DNA of 63,997 nucleotides, counting the filler, from Olpidium bornovanus S191 (Eukaryota; Fungi; Olpidiomycota), in assembly GCA_017911155.1 (NCBI GenBank). It is 33 parts of 33 records of this genome, joined end to end, with 100 filler letters (N's around TTAATTAATTAA, not from the genome) between each part and the next. Parts side by side here need not be neighbours in the genome. Positions count along the whole stretch, not along the records: positions 46,035 to 48,096 come from JAEFCI010005481.1; positions 48,197 to 49,372 come from JAEFCI010012002.1; positions 49,473 to 51,853 come from JAEFCI010008856.1; positions 51,954 to 52,975 come from JAEFCI010002113.1; positions 53,076 to 56,182 come from JAEFCI010005928.1; positions 56,283 to 60,329 come from JAEFCI010002010.1; 27 more parts are not named here. One strand, given 5' to 3'. The translations under genes were made by a program, and so were the position numbers. The notes beneath the pieces are model-generated. The model searched no databases. It was given only the letters and a program-made list of their open reading frames with translations, and had not been told where the DNA came from. Shown in pieces: positions 46,711-57,589 of this stretch. How positions within the stretch are numbered: position 1 is the stretch's first letter; each line of letters starts with the position of its first letter.

Positions 46711-47366
46711 CGGCCGGGGGGGGGTGTGTGTGTGTGTGGTTTTCGTGCGTTCGCCACGGTTTCGCGTGGCTCTCTCTCTCTCTCTGTCTCTCGCCGCTGT
46801 TGCCCGCCCGAGCGAGGCGTCGGGGTGTTGGTTGTTTGCCGTCGTGTGCCCGCCGGGTGCGGAGCGGCCAGTCGTTGGGGGGAAAAGGGGCGGGGAGAAG
46901 GTGGTGCTCGGGTGCCACTTGCGCGTACACATTTGAATTTTTCGCATTCATTCAGCTGGAAGAGGGACAAAACTTCGCCAAAAAAGAAGCAAGCAAAGGA
47001 TGCTCGCTGTGTGGACCCTCTCTGGCCACGATACGAAGTCATAGACACCGTTGGCCGCGAGCGCGGCAAGTTTGGCGCGCATAGCGGCAGCCCAGAGGCG
47101 GCAAGGCTGGGCGATAGATTGCTTCAGCGTACGACGGAGGTTCTGGGTCATAACGAGAGCATCGAAGCAGAGTGAACGATAAAGAACGAACGCGACTGGT
47201 TCGGTGACGGGCGTCAGCCACTCTTCTCAACTCACAATGGTTTATTGTATTTGGTTCATTGCATTTGCCAACAGTGACGTTGCCAATGACCCGACGGACC
47301 CGAATCGCTTTCTTCGTCGTCGGATCTGGCTTCGAGAACGAAGGAAAAAAAAAAAAGAGAAAAAAG

Positions 47367-47593
47367 TGTTGTGAACGAAGAAGAACTCTGTTGATCTGAG
47401 TGCGGAAGCAACCGAGAACCCGACGACAATAGCTCTCTACTTAATAGCTAACTATGCTAGGAGTAACTGTCGCAAAGCGGCGTGTCTACGGGATGATGTT
47501 TGTAGGCAACATGGCAGTCGGCATGGTGCATGCATGGGCATTTCATTTACGGTGAGATATAATTGGTACATTTATGATACAACACTCCCCCTC
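47367..47593 (-). mobile_element. Copia-type 3' LTR (47367-47584) with polypurine tract (47585-47593)
   Basis: On the minus strand GAGGGGGAG directly precedes TGTTGT...ACAACA (218 bp, 6-bp terminal inverted repeats). Upstream SFRRLLAMPG resembles a decayed copia pol end. Confidence 0.8.
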
Positions 47594-48204
47594 GGCCGGG
47601 CATGGCGAGAAGACGTCGAAAGGACGTGGAGTGAGTCGTGGCTGTCTCGTTAAAGACCTCCATCATTCGAAAGATGCTGGAGGAAAGGAGTACAGCTCTG
47701 CCGAACGGAATAAAACCCTACGTCGCCAAAAATCCTGTGGGCAAAAAAGGGCGCGGAGGAAAAAGACCCACTCGCATAATAGCTCAAAAAGGAGCATAAC
47801 AAGCTCTAAAGGAGCACTGTGAGCATAGAAAACATATCGCCATGGTTCGGCATGTCGCCGTTTTCGCCGTGGTCATAATTGGCAGGTTAAGCACAACCGT
47901 GCTTAGTAAGCACTACGCCAACGAGATCCTCCCCGAAACGGGCCCGTAACGAGCAATATCCTTAGCACTCGTCAACCATGAAGACCGACCGAAACTGCGA
48001 CACAAAACGCGCTCAAAACCGTGTTTTCAGCGGGTTTCTGGATGCTGGGGAGTAGCCTACAGCTCGCGCAATGTGCGCATTCCAAGCAAACGCACCNNNN
48101 NNNNNNNNNNNNNNNNNNNNNNNNNNNNNNNNNNNNNNNNTTAATTAATTAANNNNNNNNNNNNNNNNNNNNNNNNNNNNNNNNNNNNNNNNNNNNCATG
48201 ATCC

Positions 48205-49107
48205 TCACGAGCACGCGCGCTTTACCGCATTGGCAGCACTAGTGACAATTACTTGTGTAAGGCGGAAATATTCTTTGAAGATCGGGTCCCAACCAGATTT
48301 CTCCTCCTTAAGTAAATCCTGTAGCTCCTCCAGCGCCGCGCGGTGGTAAATCAAGGGGTCATTGTCGTACAAATGCACGTTGGATATCGCCAAGTCCAGT
48401 GAAGAGAGACGATTCACCCAGCCGGCGACGTCATCAGGCGAGTATTGCGCACCAAGGTTCTCGTGGACGGCCCGGGGCAGCTCGTTTGCCACGGAAGCCA
48501 GGAAATCGCGAACAGCGTCGTTCGTGAATTCCGCTTGGAGATTCAGGCGGTCGCCGTCGACTGAGCGGAGTATGTCGGGCACGGGCGGCGATCTCCGTGC
48601 TGCTTCTCTGGGATTCAGGAAGGTCCAGATGGCGCTGTAGAACTTCCACAGTTTCTCCGCGCGAGACGGTGTGCCCTCGGAGAGGACGTGAACGCGGCGG
48701 CCGTTCGGGCCGATATTGAAGTTCTTTCTTTTGAATTTTAAGACGCCCGACCGCACCGTGAATTCTTCCGGCGCCAGCAAGTCTCCCGGCCGGGCGATGT
48801 CAAAATGCGCGTCGCCGTCGACAATTATTTCGCCGGGGTCGGGAATCGTGAGGATCGCCGAGGTTCGCATTTCGCCGGATTCCGAGAAGGGAGGGTTCTC
48901 GAAGTTATTGGCGATGAAGTTCACGGTCAGTTCCGCCAGGTTCATGTGGTCCTTTAAACCGTCCGCAAGGGCCTTGAGCCAGATTTCCCGGTGGTCCCCC
49001 CCGCCGTCGGGACTGGGCGTCGCGGACGTGCAGTCGGACGAAGGGGCGGCGAAGACGAGCGCCGGGGCGGCGGCGACAAGCGCCAGGAGAGAGGCGGCGA
49101 GTTTCAT
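48205..49107 (-). CDS. Intronless secreted protein of unknown function
   Basis: Signal-peptide-like MKLAASLLALVAAAPALVFA|AP; 300-aa complete ORF with no recognised domain. Confidence 0.8.
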   Translation of the reverse strand: MKLAASLLALVAAAPALVFAAPSSDCTSATPSPDGGGDHREIWLKALADGLKDHMNLAELTVNFIANNFENPPFSESGEMRTSAILTIPDPGEIIVDGDAHFDIARPGDLLAPEEFTVRSGVLKFKRKNFNIGPNGRRVHVLSEGTPSRAEKLWKFYSAIWTFLNPREAARRSPPVPDILRSVDGDRLNLQAEFTNDAVRDFLASVANELPRAVHENLGAQYSPDDVAGWVNRLSSLDLAISNVHLYDNDPLIYHRAALEELQDLLKEEKSGWDPIFKEYFRLTQVIVTSAANAVKRACS

Positions 49108-49878
49108 GGTGCTTTAGACGAGGAGCGAGCGAGGTCCGGGGGTGCCCGGCGCGTCCGCAGTTGCTGGCGAACAAGCTGGGGGAGGGGTTGTTGGCGCCGG
49201 TCTTCAGGCGTGTTATTTATACGGTTGTTTACTGGGGGGGAGGGCGGGGCGCGGGAGGGGAAGAGGACGGCGGGCGGGCGGGGAGAAAAGGGGCCAGTCC
49301 CTTCCTCGGTCCGGGATCTCCGGGTGGCCTTGCGGGCGGGGGCGGGCGGCGGGAGGGGAAAGGGAGGGGGGGNNNNNNNNNNNNNNNNNNNNNNNNNNNN
49401 NNNNNNNNNNNNNNNNTTAATTAATTAANNNNNNNNNNNNNNNNNNNNNNNNNNNNNNNNNNNNNNNNNNNNCATGCGGGACATCAAGTGAGCGGGCCGG
49501 CTCCCTCGGTTTTTTTCCCCTGCTTGCGTGCGTTTTCAAACTCTCTCGCCCGGGGACCCGCTTCCGGGGCTCTCGCGCGGCTGACAACCCCCCTTCACGG
49601 AAAACACGGGCGGCGGCGGCGGCGCTGGTCCCAGGTTACGCGCGGAGCGGGAGAAAGAGTTTGACGAAAAAAACGACGAGGGAGCGCAAGTGAAGGGGGC
49701 CGCCCTCCAGATCCAACGGATGTGCGTTCGCCCGGCAGTTTTTTTTCTGCTTGCCGCTTGCTGCCCGCCGCGGCGGATCATAACCGCTAATTTTCGCACC
49801 GCCCACTTTCACCCCCACCACCCATTCCTTCCCCCCCTTCCCCTCTCTCAACCCCGTCCCCTTTTCCCCGACGTGTAG

Positions 49879-51724
49879 ATGGAAGGGTTACCGGACTAGG
49901 AAAAGATGGGCCGGCGTGGTCGAGCAAGAAAACATATTTCTCGGCATGGATTACATCAAGACGGATCCGAAGACCAGCCCCGTCGCGAAAGCGGACGCGA
50001 ACTCCGTTCGGCGGAAAGTCGTCCAAAAACAGTTCGAAGAGGAGTATCGGCAGGCCATGATCGACATCAAGGAAAAGTGTGTCCCCACCTCCCCCCTTCC
50101 CCCTCTCCCCCCCTCCCTCCCAACCTCGCGTCTTTGGATCGTCCAAAAACGGATCTTTTTTGCCGTTCGCGTGTGAAAAGCTCCCCTCCCCTCCGTCCCC
50201 CTCCCCCCCCGGCCGGCCCACCTGACGAGAGAACCCTTTCCCGTGGCAGAATTCGAACGGTGGAAGGGCCGGACATCAAGGAAGGCTTTCAAGACAGCTT
50301 TCGGAGATGGTATATGGAGTACAGACGCGAGCAGGGAAAATATCCTTTTTTTTGTTAGAAGCCTTCTCGGTTCGCCCCACGCGGGGATTTGCAAAAATCT
50401 GCGGGGTCTACCCGCAAAGAAAAATCCCACGGATGGTTGTTTTTATATATATTGTGCCTTGATCCGAACGCATTTTCCGTCCCGCTCCTATTTTTTTCTG
50501 TTTTTTCCTTTTTTTTCCTTCTTGCCGAAATACGCTGCCGGACTTCCCGTCCGACAAGCACTGGCAGATGCCCACCTTCAAATTCGGGCAGCCGGACCCG
50601 GATTTGGAGATGCAGGAAGCCGCGAAGGCCGCGGCGGAAAAGGCCCGCCCCGCCGCGGCTTCCAAAAAAGCGGCCGCCGCCAAAGGGAAAGACGCGAAGG
50701 GCAAGAAAAAGGGCAAAGACAAAGAGGGAAAGGGAAAATCGAAAAAGTCTGAGGCGGTGAGGGCCCCGAAAAAAACGCGAGCGCGCGCGCGCGCGCCGCG
50801 GCCAATTCGCAGAATTGCGGGCCCCCCTCGGCCACCGCCACGGAGCTGAAAAAAAAAATTGGCCCGCCGTTTTAGCCGGAGCCGGAGGAAGGGGATCCGG
50901 CGGACAAGGTGACGCCGTACCAGATGGCGGCCAAAGAGTCGTAAGAGAAGTTTTTTTTTTCTGTGAGCGCGACGCGGCCGACGTCACGAGGAGATCCGCC
51001 TGCTGATTCGGCACGCGAAACCTGCCGGGGGGGGGGGGGGGGGGGCGGGGGGGGGGGGGGGGGGGGGGGCCCGGCGACGGGGATTAAATCAAATTCGCCC
51101 CAGCAATCGAGCGTACGCTGTCGCCTGGAAATCCAGAGACGAGTCCGAAAATTTTGCGCAGCGGCACGACCCGGAGATCATCAAAAACGACAAGCGCAAA
51201 GAAGTCGAAGCGGAGGTGCGGCCTTTCCCGCCCGTCCCTCCTCCTCCCTCCCCCCCGGCTCGGCCGTCCCGGAAACAAAACGCGGACGCCCTCCCGTCAG
51301 GCCGATGGGTCCGACTCCCGTCGCCCAGCCTTTGTTGATAGAAACTTCCTTGTCCGAACGGGGCAGATCAAGCTGGACGTGTTCGAGTTGCTGAAGGAGG
51401 AGCTGCGCAATCTGAAAATGGCCGTAGAAAAGACGAAAGGGAGGAAAGGGAAGAAAAAGAAAGGTGGGTCGCTCCTCGGCAGGCGGTCGCGGCCCCGACG
51501 AAAGCTCTTCCCTTCCCCCTCCCCCCCATCCCCGCGCAGGCGTCCTGACGTAGAAGCTTGTTCGAGATCAGGGAAGGGAAAGAAAGGCAAGAAAGCGAAA
51601 AAAGGCGGCAAGAAAGAGAAGGGAAAAAAGGGGAAGAAGGGAAAGAAGGACAAGGATCTCACGGCCGGGCGCCCGCCGGAAGAGCTCTTCGAAGAACTTA
51701 CGCGGGCGGGGATCATACAAAAAG
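49879..51724 (+). CDS. IQCA1: IQ and AAA domain protein IQCA1 / dynein regulatory complex subunit DRC11, internal exons
   Basis: IQ tail WKGYRTRK, ENIFLGM, EGPDIKE, NFAQRHDPEIIKNDKRKEVEAE, ELRNLKMAVEK and the K-rich linker ending KDKDLTAGRPPEELFEEL. Confidence 0.88.
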
Positions 51725-52903
51725 TAAGCGCGGAGGCGGGAGGGTGACTGGCTCGGGGCAAAATCGCGCAAGCCGGAATTCTCCTATTCCCTCACGTCCC
51801 CCACGCCCCATTGGTAAACCGTGAACCCTGTTTCTCGCCCGGCAACCAGCATGNNNNNNNNNNNNNNNNNNNNNNNNNNNNNNNNNNNNNNNNNNNNTTA
51901 ATTAATTAANNNNNNNNNNNNNNNNNNNNNNNNNNNNNNNNNNNNNNNNNNNNCATGCGGAAGTCGAGAGGCTGCGCAATTGGACAGCTAGAATGCAAAG
52001 CTGCCACGGCGGCAAAACGCAGCAATTAATGTGTTGTGTTTACGCAAAAAAAAAAACCGTCGAAAGGCGGTAGCATTGGCGCACCCAGCAAACGGCAGCA
52101 ACAACGGCCGAAAAGAAGGCGTATCGTTTTGCAATTCTTATGTTGACTATCCGGCCTTCATCGCGCAAGTTCAGAAATTTGACAGTGAGGAGAATCTGAT
52201 TCGCGACTTGGAGAGCGGTTAACATGGCGGCGACGACGGAGTTCAACAGCGAACCGCCGTACGTCCGGTCCGTCGATTTATTTGGCACGTTCGGGGCGCC
52301 GTCGCTGGATAACAGCGGGCTGGTTTCCTCGCTTGGTTCGCCAAGCCGATGTTGTGGACGGGGCGGGCCCGCGCCGAAAGTGCCGCCCCGCCGCCCAACG
52401 CACTGCGGGCGGGCCCTGCTCAGCACTAGTACGAGCACCGGGACGAGCGCGTGCAATACTCTGCAAGTTTGATTGGAGCGGGAGCGGTCGGTGCGACGGA
52501 CAACCGGGCATTCGCCAACGTGCCCTGCAGGCGTGTTCTGCTGGCTCACATTTCGTTGGCGCATTCCGTGACGGTGCCGGGATCCGCGACGCTCTTAAAC
52601 GATGCCGGAGGGAAAGCGGCGTCAGGCGCCGCAAGCTGTTGCGAGCTCTCTCCGTGCGGGGGAGCGGCTCACCGGAATTTCTCCGCATACGAATCGCTCC
52701 ATGGCCGCCGTTTTCTCCGCACGGTCAACACAAATCTCTCGCTCGCCGCCAGCGTCCGCCCGGGGGGAAGCCGAAATCGGAACGTCGGGGCGGCGCGGGC
52801 GGTTGCGTGTCTTGTCTTGGCGCGGGGGAAGAGGGGGGGTTGGCGCACCTCCGGCAACGGCCGCCGGCGGGGGAGGCGGGGACGCGTTGCGGCGCGAACG
52901 CGT

Positions 52904-52950
<47 letters not shown>

Positions 52951-53092
52951 CCCCCCGGGGGGGGGGGGGGGGGGGNNNNNNNNNNNNNNNNNNNNNNNNN
53001 NNNNNNNNNNNNNNNNNNNTTAATTAATTAANNNNNNNNNNNNNNNNNNNNNNNNNNNNNNNNNNNNNNNNNNNNAAAACGCGCTGGTTTAG

Positions 53093-53326
53093 CACATCTC
53101 CGGATACCACAAAAATCTCGACGGAGACCTCCAATCTCAACGGAAAAGCCATTCCGACGCGAGAAAATTCAAATGGGATGAAACGAAGTGTTAGGGAAAT
53201 GCACGATGGGCGTTGCCACTGGGGGCTTCGGTACGAATCGTCGACATCGAGAGTATCCGAACGCGGGCGAGGTTTTTGTTGAGATTGGAGGTCTCCATCG
53301 CGATTTTAGTGGAATCCGGAGAGGTG
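53093..53326. repeat. Imperfect 49-bp inverted repeat (MITE-like or hairpin)
   Basis: Arm 53093-53141 is the reverse complement of 53278-53326 with 5 mismatches; 136-nt spacer. Confidence 0.9.
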
Positions 53327-53969
53327 TTAATCGATCTGTTTCGCACCTCGCACAATCCCGATAAAACCCCGATCCAACCGTCAAAACCACCTCACGGGCC
53401 CGATCCCTCGTAATAGGGCCTTTTCGACCTGTGACGGTATCTCGCGCTTTTTTTTTCCGTTAATTTCAATTGAGCTGATCTTGGTCCTTTCCGTCCTTCT
53501 CGCCCTTCCATACAGGCCTTCGGCCGCGGACCCGGGCGGAGTGGCACCTCGGGGCAAGGCGAATGGCGGCCGGAACCGCCGGCGGCCTTCGGGCCAGGAG
53601 CACCGGGTTACAGGTATAGCCGCCGCCGGGGCGCTCCCCCCCCACCACCGGAAGGATTTCCCGGTGTGAGCGCTTCCCTTCCCCCGCCCCGCACCTAGGA
53701 CTCCGGAAGATTTGTTCGGTCCCCCTCCCCACTCTCCGCCTCCTCCCTTTCTTTCTCATACATCTCCTCCGTTCGCTCCCTCCTCCCTCATCGTCATCAC
53801 CTCTCCCTTCATTCCCCTTCACTTCCCTGCACTCCCTCACCACATCCCCTCACCACATCCACTCACCTTTTCCCTCCGCCCACACTCCCTTTCCCGAATC
53901 AAAATGTACTTATGTAGGGGCTTTTCGGCCCTCCCTTTTATTTTTTATTTTATACTTTTTATTAATTCA

Positions 53970-55085
53970 ATGGAACTACGAACCCTCTGATCCCGGGCGA
54001 CCGGGTACGTAGGCAGCCGAGGCTCTTCGGAGCGGAGGTCCGAGGTTCCCCCCCCCCCACCCCCCACCCACCCAACTCCTCTCCTTCGAATCCACTGCCC
54101 CTTCACGCCTTCCCCGAAACATTAATGTACTCAACTTTACAATCCAACTCAAACTGCACCATTTTTTCAACTTATTAATCAAATCTGAATCTTGCAATCT
54201 CACTTTAAATATACATTCCAATGTACAACGCGATGTTTTTTAATCTTGAAGCAATCAAATTGACTTTCGAAACATCGAGCGCTCTTTTTCGGTGAGGATG
54301 AGAATGGTCGAGTTCGCCGCGGCACGGCCGGGAATCGGTTAGCGGGCGGCGGCGGTTTCGGGGGGGCGGGCGGCGGCGGTCTTTCCGCGGCGGGTTGGGT
54401 GGGGTGGTTCTTCGGGAGGAGGGGAGGGGGGGGGGGGGGGGGGGGGGGGGCGGGGGGGGAATGGGGGGAAAATGGACGGGTTTGAGCGGCTAGTTTGCAG
54501 GCGAGGCCGAGTTCCGACTCGGCGCGGAGCATCGGAGTAACAGGCGTGCCCGGAGGGCGGGGGAGCCTCGGCCCTACTCCGAGGGGCCCCGGACAACCGT
54601 GATCTTGAAGTCCATTTTGCGCCGAACTTCCGCGGCCGGTCCGCGATAGCAGATACAGGGGCCCGGGGAGGATGGCCGGTGAACCTTCCCTCTCGCCACT
54701 CTGCGAGCAACACATCTCCCTCGCCACGCGTCCGCTTTTTGCTTGCTTTTTGAGCCGCGGCGCCCTGAATACGGGGGATGGGGGAGGGGGCTACGTTGAT
54801 GCGCGACCGCTGTTCCGAATCGACCTCCGGGATTCGTTGGCGCCGGAGTTTTTTTTTTTCAATTAGCCGAAGTAAAATGATATATCAAAACCGCTGGCGT
54901 TGATGCGTAATGGGGCCACGGCCCGTCGAAGTCCGGTTTGGAGTTCCGCCAAGGGCCGGGTTGGAGGCTGGTTGATGATGGGCAGCTGGGCCAACAGCGG
55001 CAACGGCTGTCGCCCGACAAGCGAAAACCTGGTGCGGGCGGCAGCGGCGGCATTTGGCAAGCAACGGCAGATGGGCGGCAAACGG
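53970..55085 (-). repeat. Copy 2 of the ~1 kb non-coding element (homologous to 21950-22950)
   Basis: Same conserved blocks in the same order on the reverse strand, ending in the structured module. Confidence 0.85.
53972..54041 (+). ncRNA. Fourth copy of the putative structured RNA module
   Basis: GGAACUACG-AACCCUCUGAU-CCCGG(GCGA)CCGGG-UACGUAGGCAGCCGAG-GCUC(UUCG)GAGC-GGAGGUCC. Confidence 0.55.
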
Positions 55086-55519
55086 GGCCTCAAAAAGGGA
55101 GCCAATTATGACCCTGACACAATGCACGATGATTATTACGATGAAAAAATTTTTGTTCATTGTTACGACAGTGTCGATGATTAGTGGTATTCGAAAATCA
55201 AATGGAACGATCACCCGTCATATGCTAACATTTTGGAGCCATTCACCAACATTGACCGTACAAAAAAAAATTATACAATTCTTCCGTGGAAAACGCTTGG
55301 AAATTCCTCTGTAATTTGCTCTGTACTACTCAAATGAATCTAACCCCGCGCTAACCCTTCACATATCTACCTTTAACCAACATGTTGAGATCTCCAAATG
55401 CATATGGGGGAGATATGAGTTCGCTGCGCATTCATCTTGAACCTCAGATTTACCGTGAAGTCATCACCCCCGCCGACGGACCCAAATGGAAAAAAAAAAT
55501 CCATGCAGTGTGGACTTGA

Positions 55520-56182
55520 TTTTTGCAAAGACGGGGACGATAAGGTCACGGATCTCCTGGCTGTCTACGTCGACGACCTCGTTCTTGCGGGTCCTGACAA
55601 GACCATTTTAGATGTGGTCGAGGAACAACTCACGGAATGCTTCGCGTCGAGTTGGCCACTTCAGGCAAAGTGTCACAGATTCTTGGGATGCGTGTGTCGA
55701 CAGATGTTGCGGGTAATCGTTATCTTGATCAGGAACAATATGTTCTCCGTCTTCTTGAGCGCATGCATCATCAAAACTGTTACGCCGTGAGCACTCCGCT
55801 TGAACCAGACACGGATCCGCAGATTACATCCGCGCGGACAAGACGATGTCGTGCCAGATCACGAGTTACACCGCTATCGCGAGCTGATCGGCTGTTTACA
55901 GTTCTTATCCGTATGCACAAGGCCTGATATCAGTACCGCTGTGAATTTTCTGGCGAGATTTATGTCCAACCCGAATGGTCCTCATTGGGATTCATTGAAA
56001 CGGACTTTGCGCTACCTGCGGGTGACCCCATCGCTCGGGCTCAAATTCAATCACCGTCAGCCAGATTATCTGCCATCCCCGACTCTTCAAGCGTTCGTTG
56101 ACAGCGCTTATGCGAATGACTCTGTTGACAGGAGATCCATCACGGGATACGTCGTTTACGACAATGGGTCACCTGTTGCATG
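55520..56182 (+). mobile_element. Ty1/copia RT-RNase H fragment with frameshifts
   Basis: LLAVYVDDLVLAG, ILGMRV...LDQEQYVLRLLER, YRELIGCLQFLSVCTRPDISTAVNFLARF and FVDSAYANDSVDRRSITGY lie in three successive frames. Confidence 0.95.
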
Positions 56183-56282
56183 NNNNNNNNNNNNNNNNNN
56201 NNNNNNNNNNNNNNNNNNNNNNNNNNTTAATTAATTAANNNNNNNNNNNNNNNNNNNNNNNNNNNNNNNNNNNNNNNNNNNN

Positions 56283-56914
56283 ACGCCTGCAGGCTGCTCT
56301 AGTCACGTGCCTGGCCACTAGACACACCAAGGTGCGCCTACCCCGCGGTGTGGCCCCCGCCCCCGTCACATGACCCACATGGGCCCGCCCACGCAGGGGG
56401 GCCTGCACACTGGGCCCGCCCACGCAGGGGGGCCCGCACACTCGGCCCGCCCACACAGGGGGGCCGCACGCTTGATGCCCGCATGGGGAACTGTTCCCCC
56501 ATGAAACTGTCTCCGTGCGGAACCCCACACGGTGCACCCATGCCCGGCGCGCCCTTGCCCGGCACGCCCCGCCTGGAGCGCCCCACACGGCGCGCACATG
56601 CCCGGCGCGCCCATGCCCGTCGCGCCCACGCTCGGCGCGCCCATGCCCGGCACGCCCTGCCCGGAGCGTCCCACATGACACGCCCCGCACGACAAGCCCA
56701 CACACGATGAGGGCGCGGCTGTGCTCACACCCGCGCTGCGTGTATATAAGACGTGTCTCCGCGTCCTAGAATGTAAACTCAAGAGCCTAACATAGTTCGC
56801 AGATCCAGAGTGCACAGACCCCGAACTCGATCTCGAACCCGACTCACACAAGTCTCTAGATAATTCCGTCCCTCGATTGCACTGCTTGTGCGTGACGTGA
56901 ATAGACTTGTTACA
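56283..56914 (+). mobile_element. LTR-like sequence with internal GC-rich minisatellites
   Basis: 31-bp repeats at ~56381-56472 and 15-bp GCCCATGCCCGGCGC repeats at ~56537-56660; TATATAA at ~56744; ends ...TTGTTACA; no PBS follows. Confidence 0.55.
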
Positions 56915-57589
56915 CTCAGGCACACCCGAATAGACTTCGACGTCCCACTACACCTTCCATCGATGTACCGTTCGACCTCGATGCTTTCCGTTCAATTTCG
57001 ATGCCTCTCGCTTGACCTCGAAGCCCAATCCCGATGGTCTTCGCCCGACTTCGATACCCACCGCTCGAGCTCGATGTACCACCCGCTTCTCCTTATTGTT
57101 CGGGCCCCCAATCGAGGGGGGCCCGAATACGTAAAACCCCTGGTGTCTTCTCTTCCAATAAAAAGAAGGAACCTTCGCCGGACCCCCCACCCACAACACC
57201 ATAGCTGCTCGTACGCCCCGAACGACAGTAGCGAAATATGAAAGGAGCAAGAATGTTTCGATGCGTTTATGACGCTCTGCGCGACAAGAGCTGGCGGATC
57301 AAACGACAGTTCCTCGTATGCCCCGCAGGTCTCTCCGTCCAACGCATCCCTCCGTCGTCGACCCATTCGCGTCATCGCCGCACGATTGTATCTTGCTACC
57401 AATATCGGCGCGCGGCATCTTACAACAGGCAGAACAGCTATAGCTTGACACGCAACCTCATATTTGGAACTTTGATAATCGGATTTGGTTGGTAAAACTC
57501 AAATTTTGGAATCTCATGATTGGTGCATGTTCACCCCCTCAGCCGGTGTTTCCTTAGCGGCGCTTGCCCTCCGGTCGGCCAGCGCTGCT

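Noticed and set aside
51954-52975. Short ORFs on contig 28 (e.g. ...FDSEENLIRDLESG*, MAATTEFNSEPP...)
   Set aside because: They may be real exons, but no recognisable family or reliable exon structure was found.
53972-54041. Hammerhead, HDV or twister assignment of the structured module
   Set aside because: It has CUGA and GA(A/G) in hammerhead order but lacks CUGANGA and the NUH site. There is no UCCHCGY loop with correctly spaced GG. The opposite strand resembles twister ends (CUGCC, CCGG..CCGG, GAGGG) but lacks UAA and UCCCAAG.
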